Shown: positions 1 to 6,641, counted from the first letter of the stretch. The stretch is DNA of 15,242 nucleotides from an uncultured Pseudomonadota bacterium (GCA_913020725.1 CAJWCD010000091.1:1-15242); one strand, 5' to 3'. Notes: a model not told the origin generated them from the letters alone. A program made the numbers and translations.

Positions 1-1
1 T

Positions 2-38
2 AGCTCATCCTCACAAAACGCCAGCGTTTTCCTGAGCT
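2..38. repeat. Interrupted inverted repeat (AGCTCA..AAAACGC-CA-GCGTTTT..TGAGCT)
   Basis: AGCTCA 2-7 pairs with TGAGCT 33-38; AAAACGC 15-21 pairs with GCGTTTT 24-30. Function unknown. Confidence 0.45.
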
Positions 39-52
39 TTCTTGAATTTTAT

Positions 53-76
53 TTGCTGAAAATACTTTTTCAGCAA
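53..76. repeat. Perfect 10-bp inverted repeat TTGCTGAAAA-TACT-TTTTCAGCAA
   Basis: Directly visible. Lies just past the R' box at 78-84 when read on the minus strand. Confidence 0.6.
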
Positions 77-77
77 G

Positions 78-150
78 CCCTAACTTATTATTCTACTACA
101 AGTCCCATAAAAATCGCTATCTCTAGCTACGATGTATCAATTTGTTAGGC
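78..150 (-). mobile_element. attC-like site of the PhzF cassette (R boxes intact, L arms poorly paired)
   Basis: Minus strand: R'' GCCTAAC (150-144) lies 6 bp after the phzF stop codon; R' is GTTAGGG (84-78); length 73 bp. R'' is the exact reverse complement of the GTTAGGC (1081-1075) that opens this cassette. L'' GATACATC has no clean L' partner. Confidence 0.6.
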
Positions 151-156
151 ATTGTT

Positions 157-1056
157 TTAATCAACGTAAATCATGCCTTCACTGACCATTACACAACTTC
201 CGCCGATCCAAGTGGAAATAACCGTACCATCTTTTTTCTCAGCTCGTGTCTTTAGAAGACTCGGACGACCCATTTCCGCTCCTTGGGAGATTCGCCATTC
301 GAAATTTCCGGACCTTGCTTCATCATAGTGGGCGAGCAATCCACCTAAAGCACAATTGGCGCTTCCTGTAGCAGGATCTTCCGGCACACCATCAAAAGGT
401 GCGAACATTCGTGCCCGAATATCAAATTCATCATTACTTCGAATATAAACGTGAACATCAGGTGTGACACCTTGGGCAGCTATCTCCTCGAATCCATCTA
501 GATTGACTCTCGCTCGCTTCAACGAAGACTGATCTCGTAGTTCTGCTACTAGAAAAGGCAAACCAACCGACGCAACTTGAGGAAGATGTGTGTCTGTGAC
601 TATTTCTCCTATAGGAAGCGATATTGAAGATGCGAATGTTTCGACTGATATTGTCATTCCTAATGAAATCTTCTCCGGAGCTTTGAGTTCACACCAAAGA
701 TTTCCTTCCTCAAGTTTGCGTAAAGTTATCGGAACTAAACCCGCTTTTTCCTCAAACACAATTTCAATTGTTTCCTCAAATTCTTCAAGTTTACCGACAG
801 ATGCCAATACGAATGCAGTTCCAATATTTGGGTGCCCTGCAAAGGGTACTTCTATAGAAGGGGTGAAAATTCGAACTTTCCGGGTGTTACCCTTCTCCGA
901 TGGAAAAATGAATGTACTTTCGGAAAAATTGAATTCTCTGGCAATCTGTTGCATTAGTTTATCTGTAAGACCACTTGCATCTGGTAACACTGCTAATTGA
1001 TTTCCACCGAATCGCTGGTTGGTAAAAACGTCACAAATGTAATACTTGTACTTCAT
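157..1056 (-). CDS. PhzF family (phenazine biosynthesis-like / DAP epimerase-fold) isomerase, integron cassette gene
   Basis: Family motifs DVFT..FGGNQLAV, NFSESTF, VRIFTP..EVPFAGHP, RMFAP..GVPEDPATGSA and QG.EMGRPS. More AT-rich than the neighbouring genes. ATG lies 18 bp after a GTTAGGC core site. Confidence 0.93.
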   Translation of the reverse strand: MKYKYYICDVFTNQRFGGNQLAVLPDASGLTDKLMQQIAREFNFSESTFIFPSEKGNTRKVRIFTPSIEVPFAGHPNIGTAFVLASVGKLEEFEETIEIVFEEKAGLVPITLRKLEEGNLWCELKAPEKISLGMTISVETFASSISLPIGEIVTDTHLPQVASVGLPFLVAELRDQSSLKRARVNLDGFEEIAAQGVTPDVHVYIRSNDEFDIRARMFAPFDGVPEDPATGSANCALGGLLAHYDEARSGNFEWRISQGAEMGRPSLLKTRAEKKDGTVISTWIGGSCVMVSEGMIYVD

Positions 1057-1074
1057 AATATTTTCGTCTCTTTA

Positions 1075-1151
1075 GCCTAACGTTTAAGATAACAGGGTTC
1101 CAGGGGAGCGAAAAGTGCCCCCTGAACCTCCGGTTTATCCGTTTGTTAGCG
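1075..1151 (-). mobile_element. Integron attC recombination site (canonical architecture)
   Basis: Minus strand: R'' CGCTAAC, 5-nt spacer AAACG, L'' GAT[A]AACC, central stem GGTTCAGGGGGC..GCTCCCCTGGAACC, L' TGTTATC, 6-nt spacer TTAAAC, R' GTTAGGC. 77 bp with one extra base in L''. Confidence 0.88.
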
Positions 1152-1216
1152 CATATTGACTGTCTCCGCTTCGCTGAGCCTCTCATTAGGCTAATTTATG
1201 TTTTTACGACATACGA

Positions 1217-1402
1217 CTATCCCAAGACGCATTCGATTCTGCGGAAATTCTTTAGCATCGAATTATAGATTCGCAAACTATTCTGCGCCTCCTCGGTGGC
1301 TTTACCTCTATAACCAGCACCATCCGCCACAGCCTTTTCCAGTTTTGTCACGAATTGGGAATAAAATGGAATCGCTACATTGCCTTGCAAAAAAGGGTGC
1401 AT
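1217..1402 (-). CDS. Possible 61-aa hypothetical ORF inside the short cassette (may be non-coding)
   Basis: Only sizeable ORF in cassette orientation between the att sites. No recognisable domain and no convincing RBS. Confidence 0.2.
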   Translation of the reverse strand: MHPFLQGNVAIPFYSQFVTKLEKAVADGAGYRGKATEEAQNSLRIYNSMLKNFRRIECVLG

Positions 1403-1430
1403 CCACGGCCGGAACCGACGGTTCGCCTAA

Positions 1431-1484
1431 GCCTAACGCATAACTTACAGCGAAGCGGAAAGGGCTGTCAAGCCTTTTTTTGGA
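1431..1484 (-). mobile_element. Degenerate attC-like / array-head att site (R'' eroded)
   Basis: Minus strand: TCCAAAA in the R'' position, spacer AAAGG, L'' CTT[G]ACAG, CCCTTTCCGCTTCG, L' CTGTAAG, spacer TTATGC, R' GTTAGGC. Spacers of 5 and 6 nt and the extra 4th base in L'' match attC geometry. Confidence 0.62.
1442..1471 (-). promoter_or_regulatory. Putative sigma70 promoter facing the cassette array (TTGACA-18-TAAGTT)
   Basis: Perfect -35 TTGACA at 1471-1466, -10-like TAAGTT at 1447-1442, and an A/T-rich tract upstream (1475-1525). Confidence 0.5.
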
Positions 1485-1564
1485 ATAATTACTTGAAAAT
1501 TTACCACAAAAATAATCTGTAAAATCAGCAGTATACTGGATTGTAAAAGCAGGTTCTGCGGACC

Positions 1565-2464
1565 TCAGGGCAGGTCAGAAGCAATTGCTGCCTGAAGGTC
1601 CGTCAATGTGGCGCCACATTCCTCCGGCAGGCCAAGCCACCGAGCAAACTTCTCAAAAACCACACTGGCCTCCGTGCCAGACTCCCGCATGGCTTTGAGG
1701 GTGGCGTCTCCTTGCGATTTGGAGAGCTTGGCTCCGTCGGGTCGAATCAGGAGGGGGTGGTGTAAAAAGCGGGTTTGCAGGAAGGAAACGTTTTTTAGCC
1801 GTTCAGCAAGATGGAGTTGGATCGTTGAGGATTCCCGGAGGTCTGCACCCCGGACGATGAGGTTGATGCCGTGGTCAACGTCGTCCACGAGTGAGGTGAT
1901 TTGGTAGGCAGGAATCCCGTCACGACGGCGCAGCACGAGGTCTCCCACATGCGCAGCATCCGCTGAAACTGTTGCGCCCATCCAGCCGTGCATGGTCACG
2001 GGTGCGGTTTCCGGCATTCGTAGCCGCCATGCGATTTCCGGGGCGGAAAAATCGAGGTCGCGGCTCCGGCAGGTTCCGGGATAGCGTCCGTCTCCGGATG
2101 CCAACTGCACCTCTTTGCGGGAACAGTTGCAGGCGAAGAGGTCGCCCTGCTTCCGGAGTTGCGACAAGGCGGCTTCGTAGCGGTCGAGCCGGAGTTGCTG
2201 TGACGATGTTTTCCGGACCTCCTCTGGACCTTCCGGGCCGGAATCCCAATCCAAACCGAGCCAGTCCAAATCCCGAAACAACGATTCCAAAAACTCCGGC
2301 TTAGCGCGGTTCGCATCAAGGTCATCGACTCGCAACCAGAGTTGTCCGCCCCGACTGCGCACCAGTGCCCATGTCAGCAGAAAATTGCAGGCATTGCCAA
2401 GATGTAGGTGACCGCTGGGGGTAGGAGCGAGTCGAGAACGAAGAGTTTCAAAAATCGGAATCAA
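1565..2464 (-). CDS. gluQ: Glutamyl-Q tRNA(Asp) synthetase (GluRS catalytic-domain paralogue)
   Basis: RLAPTPSGHLHLGN (HIGH-like), LRVDDLD, Zn motif CNCSRK..YPGTCR, DD..GI..IVRGADL and KLSKS (KMSKS-like). About 300 aa with no anticodon-binding domain. TTG start overlaps the amidase stop codon. Confidence 0.88.
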   Translation of the reverse strand: MIPIFETLRSRLAPTPSGHLHLGNACNFLLTWALVRSRGGQLWLRVDDLDANRAKPEFLESLFRDLDWLGLDWDSGPEGPEEVRKTSSQQLRLDRYEAALSQLRKQGDLFACNCSRKEVQLASGDGRYPGTCRSRDLDFSAPEIAWRLRMPETAPVTMHGWMGATVSADAAHVGDLVLRRRDGIPAYQITSLVDDVDHGINLIVRGADLRESSTIQLHLAERLKNVSFLQTRFLHHPLLIRPDGAKLSKSQGDATLKAMRESGTEASVVFEKFARWLGLPEECGATLTDLQAAIASDLP

Positions 2465-3882
2465 TTCGGTTGCGCAACTTCCGGAACCTGCTGCCAGGCG
2501 GGATTGGCCTGTTGAAAGGCGTGGGCCAACTGCAAGACGCCGAGTTCATCCCGTGAGCGTCCAACGATTTGCAAACCGACGGGCAGGCCATCCTCGGTGA
2601 ATCCGCACGGCACCGAAATCGCCGGCAGTCCCGTGACCGTGATGAAGTAGCACGAGCGCATCCAGTCGAGATAGGTTTCCATCGGAGTGCCGTTGATTTC
2701 GGTGATGTACTCCTGTTCGACTGGAAACGGCGGCACTTGCGCGACGGGTAGGCAGAGGAATTCATGGGTTTCCATGAACTCCCGGACACGGTGGTACAGT
2801 GCCGTGCGTCGCAGTTCCATACGCCCCAACTCTGGCCCGGTGAGCTGTTGTCCGGCTTCAATATTCCAAATCACTGTACTTTTCATCTGCTCGCGCTTAC
2901 TCTTGATCGTCTCGCCGTGTTTCATTTCAAACAGCCACGCCCGCCATGTTTTGAAAATATCATCGGCTCCTGAAAAATCCGGAAAATCCTCGGACACCTC
3001 GCAACCGATGGCTTCCAGCACGGCACGACCTTTTTCCAGCGTCTGCAACACCCGTTTATCCACCGGCAGCCCACCGAGATCAGAACTCCAACCAACCCGG
3101 ACTCCTTTGAAATCACGGCCTAGCGGTTGTCGGAATTGCACTCCTGAATCGGTGAGGGACAACGGATCCCGTTGATCCGGCTGGGCCATCACGCTGAGCA
3201 GCAGCCCAACATCCTCCACGGTCCGGCCCATTGGACCATCGACTGCAAAGGTGTTCCAACCCGGACCCGGCCACGAAGGCACCCGTCCGGTTGAGGTGCG
3301 GAATCCGACGACATTGCAAAAACTCGCAGGGTTGCGGAGTGAGCCGCCAAGGTCACTGCCATCGGCGATTGGCAGCATCCGGCAAGCAAGCGAAACCGCC
3401 GCCCCACCACTACTGCCGCCACAGGTTTTTGTGAGATCGTGCGGGTTCTTGGTGGCACCAAAAACGGCGTTGAAGGTTTGAGAACCGGCTCCGAATTCCG
3501 GCGTGTTGGTTTTGCCAATCGTGATGGCTCCCGCCTCCTTCATCCGCTGCACGAGCAGCGCGTCTTGCTGCGGAACATTGTCTGCGAAGATTGGGGAACC
3601 GAAAGTGGTGCGGATGCCTTTGGTTTCAACCAAATCCTTGTGCGCAACCGGAAGTCCGTGCAACGGACCAAGTTCAGCTCCACGAGCTGCCGCCGCATCA
3701 GCAGCCTCAGCTTGCTGACGAGCTTGTTCCGGAACGAGGGTGACGATGGCATTCACCTGTGGATTAACGCGCTCGATCTGGGCGAGATGCGCCTCCAACA
3801 CTTCGACCGCAGAGACCTTGCGAGTGCGAAGTAGAGTGGCAAGTTCAGTGGCGGTTTTGAAGCAAAGGGATGAGTCGGGCAT
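2461..3882 (-). CDS. Amidase signature family enzyme
   Basis: GPLHGLPVAHKDL (catalytic Lys), GKTNTPEFG, GGSSGGAA, GSDLGGSLRNPA (Ser-cisSer-Lys triad) and GLPVGLQIVG. Confidence 0.95.
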   Translation of the reverse strand: MPDSSLCFKTATELATLLRTRKVSAVEVLEAHLAQIERVNPQVNAIVTLVPEQARQQAEAADAAAARGAELGPLHGLPVAHKDLVETKGIRTTFGSPIFADNVPQQDALLVQRMKEAGAITIGKTNTPEFGAGSQTFNAVFGATKNPHDLTKTCGGSSGGAAVSLACRMLPIADGSDLGGSLRNPASFCNVVGFRTSTGRVPSWPGPGWNTFAVDGPMGRTVEDVGLLLSVMAQPDQRDPLSLTDSGVQFRQPLGRDFKGVRVGWSSDLGGLPVDKRVLQTLEKGRAVLEAIGCEVSEDFPDFSGADDIFKTWRAWLFEMKHGETIKSKREQMKSTVIWNIEAGQQLTGPELGRMELRRTALYHRVREFMETHEFLCLPVAQVPPFPVEQEYITEINGTPMETYLDWMRSCYFITVTGLPAISVPCGFTEDGLPVGLQIVGRSRDELGVLQLAHAFQQANPAWQQVPEVAQPN

Positions 3883-3907
3883 TTTTGGTTTTCTGATTTC
3901 GGATTTC

Positions 3908-3960
3908 AGCCACGAAGTGCGCGCAGGAACTCCAAGAGAAAACCCTTCGCGTTCTTGGCT
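3908..3960. repeat. Imperfect intergenic inverted repeat (REP-like hairpin)
   Basis: AGCCACGAA 3908-3916 pairs with TTCTTGGCT 3952-3960, and inner CGCGCAGG pairs with CCTTCGCG; one mismatch in each. Confidence 0.4.
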
Positions 3961-3981
3961 AAACAGTCAAAGGCAAAAGGT

Positions 3982-5097
3982 TCAGGCGTAGTGCTGTCGC
4001 AGGGATTCGGTGTAAGGTGGGCGTAGGATGCCCCGTTCGGTGATCAAGCCGGAGACCAGTTCGGCAGGCGTGACATCGAACGCCGGATTGAGAACTTGCA
4101 TGGCGTCCGGAGCGGTGGGCTTCGCACCGAAGTTTGTGACCTCGTTTGCATCGCGTTCCTCGATGATGATTTCGTCTCCGGAAAGGGTGTTGAAATCAAT
4201 CGTCGAGTAGGGACATGCGACATAGAACGGAATGTCAAAATGCTTGGCGAGGATTGCCACGCCGAGAGTGCCGATCTTGTTGGCGGCATCACCGTTCGCT
4301 ACCACGCGATCCGCGCCGACGATGACAAGGTCGATCAGCCCTTGCGCCATTGTGGTTGCGGCCATGTTGTCACAGATCAGCGTCACATCAATTCCGGACT
4401 GTTGTAACTCCCAACTCGTCAACCGCGCTCCTTGCAACAGGGGGCGGGTTTCGTCAGCGTACACCCGGAAGCGCGTGCCTTGCGCGTGGGCAAGATACAT
4501 TGGTGAGGTGGCGGTCCCGAGTTCAGAGGTCGCCAGCGAACCGGCGTTGCAATGCGTCAGCACTCCGGAGCCTTCCGAAATCAACGACAATCCCGCCTCA
4601 CCAATACCTCGGCAGAGGGCGCGGTCCTCCTCGTGGATGGCGAGGGCTTCCTCCGTCAGGGCTTGGTGGATCGTCCCCGCAGATTCCTTGGCAAGCGCTT
4701 CCGCCTTTTGGAGCATACGCTGGAGGGCCCAGTGCAGATTCACAGCGGTCGGGCGGGAACTGTCGAGATAATCCGCCTGCCGCTGGAGTTCCTTGAGGTA
4801 GTCGGCAGTTGCGAGGGTCTGCTGTTCCTGCATTGCAACGACCAACCCGTAAGCCCCTGCAATCCCAAGTGCCGGGGCACCACGCACCTTGAGTTGCTTG
4901 ATGGACTCCCAAACTTGCTCAACGGAATCTTGGCGTTCCTCGACCGTCTCCAAGGGGAGCCGAGTTTGGTCGAGCAGAAAAAACTGTCCGTTGTTCCAGC
5001 GCAGGGTTTGCGGAAGTTGAGGAAGTGCTGGGTCGGTGGTGTTTGCTTGCTTGTGCGGGTTCACGGATTTCCAAGGTGGCAGGGTTGTCAAAGTCAC
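3982..5097 (-). CDS. mtnA: S-methyl-5-thioribose-1-phosphate isomerase
   Basis: LLDQTRLP, VRGAPALG, SRPTAVNL, LTHCNAGSLAT, DETRPLLQGARLTSWEL, VGADR...NGD.ANKIGT and NPAFDVTP. Start codon uncertain (GTG 5097 or TTG 5091). Confidence 0.95.
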   Translation of the reverse strand: MTLTTLPPWKSVNPHKQANTTDPALPQLPQTLRWNNGQFFLLDQTRLPLETVEERQDSVEQVWESIKQLKVRGAPALGIAGAYGLVVAMQEQQTLATADYLKELQRQADYLDSSRPTAVNLHWALQRMLQKAEALAKESAGTIHQALTEEALAIHEEDRALCRGIGEAGLSLISEGSGVLTHCNAGSLATSELGTATSPMYLAHAQGTRFRVYADETRPLLQGARLTSWELQQSGIDVTLICDNMAATTMAQGLIDLVIVGADRVVANGDAANKIGTLGVAILAKHFDIPFYVACPYSTIDFNTLSGDEIIIEERDANEVTNFGAKPTAPDAMQVLNPAFDVTPAELVSGLITERGILRPPYTESLRQHYA

Positions 5098-5133
5098 TTA
5101 CCTTTAAGACATGAAATCGCAGGGATGTCCACC

Positions 5134-5142
5134 ATTTTAGCA
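5134..5142 (-). promoter_or_regulatory. Putative extended -10 promoter (TGcTAAAAT) for mtnA-amidase-gluQ
   Basis: Matches the TGnTATAAT pattern about 40 bp upstream of mtnA and downstream of a terminator. Confidence 0.4.
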
Positions 5143-5216
5143 ATCCCAAGAAAACAATGGCTCCGAAGCGCAAGCCCTGAGCAGGCGGTGGCATCGTTAC
5201 GGAAGCGAGTGCCCAC

Positions 5217-5258
5217 AAAAAAAGGAACCCCACTCAATTTGAACGAAGGCTCCTTTTT
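5217..5258 (-). terminator. Intrinsic terminator downstream of the small SutA-like ORF
   Basis: Minus strand AAAAAGGAGCC...GGTTCCTTTTTTT: stem with a G-U pair followed by a U7 tract, about 30 bp after the ORF stop. Confidence 0.65.
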
Positions 5259-5289
5259 ACTCAGCGCAGCAAGGTATGTGGGAATCGAC

Positions 5290-5508
5290 TTAGGCGAGCG
5301 GGTGCAGATTGAACTGGTGCGGTGGTGCTTGGGTCCGGCAGGCCAAGAAGCTTTTGGAATCCGGATGGGGATCAACAGGTTCGATGCGCTTGATGGTGCC
5401 ACCACCTTTCAGAAAAGAACTCACCGCATCATCCAATTGCTGATGCGTGCAGGAAGTAGTACTTTTGACTTTGAAAGCAGCGAAGGGGTACTCGTTAAAG
5501 TTGGACAT
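5290..5508 (-). CDS. Small protein (72 aa) with a SutA RNAP-binding-domain-like motif
   Basis: QQLDDAVSSFLKGGGTIKRIEP resembles the helix + FLxxGGxI/V motif of SutA-type proteins (recalled, not searched). Bracketed by a candidate promoter and a terminator. Confidence 0.6.
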   Translation of the reverse strand: MSNFNEYPFAAFKVKSTTSCTHQQLDDAVSSFLKGGGTIKRIEPVDPHPDSKSFLACRTQAPPHQFNLHPLA

Positions 5509-5533
5509 GGGGTCAACTCTGGTTACAATTCAT

Positions 5534-5637
5534 ACGCGGGACCGAAGCCCCGCGCTGAGGAGAGAGAGGGATGGGATGGCAGTTCCATCCCTCGCATCTG
5601 GGCAAGAAGAGCCTGAGCTACCACCTCTCCTGCCCAG
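5534..5637 (-). other. Three consecutive RNA hairpins in a long 5' leader or possible ncRNA
   Basis: Stems at 5598-5637, 5566-5593 and 5534-5555. The last is GCGCGGGGC-UUCG-GUCCCGCGU, a cUUCGg tetraloop. Several stem mismatches resolve as G-U pairs on the minus strand. Confidence 0.55.
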
Positions 5638-5757
5638 TTCATACCCAATTCAGAAGCAGTTTGGCTCTGCGTTTCAACAGAGAATCTGCAACAAAACCAC
5701 TTTTTGCCACGGATCAGGTATTTTCGGCACACTGTCGTGCAATCCTGCATCCAAGAC

Positions 5758-5790
5758 TGTATGCAGTGTTGTATGAAGCATAGAATACAA
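5758..5790. promoter_or_regulatory. Candidate GntR-family operator (TGTATGCA; TTGTAT-N10-ATACAA)
   Basis: TGTAT half-sites at 5758 and 5770 and an inverted copy at 5785-5789, overlapping the -10 and start region of the leftward promoter. A divergent GntR gene is adjacent. Confidence 0.45.
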
Positions 5791-5806
5791 AAGGGTTTGC
5801 TGTCAA
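5777..5806 (-). promoter_or_regulatory. Putative sigma70 promoter TTGACA-18-TATGCT
   Basis: -35 at 5806-5801, -10 at 5782-5777, with a T/A tract upstream. Confidence 0.55.
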
Positions 5807-5901
5807 TAAAAAAAATGCTACTCTGCAAAAAAACAATAGAAGCTCCTTGGGTGCTTTGAGAATGGACTTCTATTTTAATTTGCAGTTTCAGTTTCTTATC
5901 C

Positions 5902-6627
5902 ATGAATGTTCTCGCAATTCAGGCAGACACCGTGAAGCACAGCAGTAAAGCTCCCGTGGGGAAGGAGGGCAGTGTCGAACACCTGCACCAGGTTCTCCAG
6001 GAAATGGCCGTTACCTTCAAATTCAAGCCTGGGGAGCGGCTGAATGAGAGTGTGCTGTCCGAGCAGCTTGGAGTGAGCCGAACTCCACTACGGGAGGCGC
6101 TGAACCGACTCACGGCAGAGGGGTTTTTCGACTTTTCCTCCGGAAAGGGTTTCTTTTGCCGACCACTCGAACCCAAGCTGGTGCTGGACCTCTACGGCCT
6201 GCGGGAGGCACTGGAGCGGGCGTGTGTGCGCTCTGCAGTGGACAACGCTACAGAGCAGGAAATTGATGAACTGGAAGACTTTGTTCAGAAGACAAGCATT
6301 GCCTACGAAGAACACCTAGGCACCGAACTGCTCCGAATTGACGAATACTTTCATGAAAGCATTGCCGGGTTGTCCAACAATCAGGAAATCCTGCGCAGCC
6401 TGAAGAACGTCAACGCCCGGATCCGCTTTGTGCGCTGGGTGGACATGGATGATGAAAAATCGCTGGTTCCGGACGAACACCTGAGTATCCTTGCTGCGAT
6501 CCGGAAACGGGACAAGCAGATGGCTCTTGAAAGAATCAGCAACCACATCCAGATGCGCATGACTCAAATCCACGCCAACCTGAAGGAAGGGTACTCCCGC
6601 ATCTACATGGGTGGTGGAACGGCCTGA
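5902..6627 (+). CDS. GntR family transcriptional regulator, FCD (FadR C-terminal) type
   Basis: wHTH PGERLNE..LSEQLGVSRTPLREALNRL..EG; FCD motifs LYGLREALE, DEYFH..IA..S.N and EH..IL.AI..RD...A.....H. Confidence 0.93.
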   Translation: MNVLAIQADTVKHSSKAPVGKEGSVEHLHQVLQEMAVTFKFKPGERLNESVLSEQLGVSRTPLREALNRLTAEGFFDFSSGKGFFCRPLEPKLVLDLYGLREALERACVRSAVDNATEQEIDELEDFVQKTSIAYEEHLGTELLRIDEYFHESIAGLSNNQEILRSLKNVNARIRFVRWVDMDDEKSLVPDEHLSILAAIRKRDKQMALERISNHIQMRMTQIHANLKEGYSRIYMGGGTA

Positions 6628-6641
6628 GTTATGAGTTCGCC

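Noticed and set aside
157..1056. Phenazine biosynthesis
   Set aside because: A solitary PhzF-family gene with no other phz genes; such homologues are widespread and not diagnostic.
1322..1375. Minus-strand peptide DSILFPIRDKTGKGCGGW, reminiscent of the DnaG primase FPIRD..G motif
   Set aside because: Very short and bounded by stop codons with no other primase motifs; consistent with chance.
1517..1552. Possible LexA (SOS) boxes where an intI promoter would be, around the palindrome CAGTATACTG (1529-1538)
   Set aside because: CTG..CAG spacings are 9 and 11 nt rather than the 10 nt of the gammaproteobacterial box, and no integrase follows.
5523..5903. 126-aa minus-strand ORF spanning the intergenic region
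   Set aside because: Runs through promoter A/T tracts and RNA hairpins, and the sequence does not look like a known protein.
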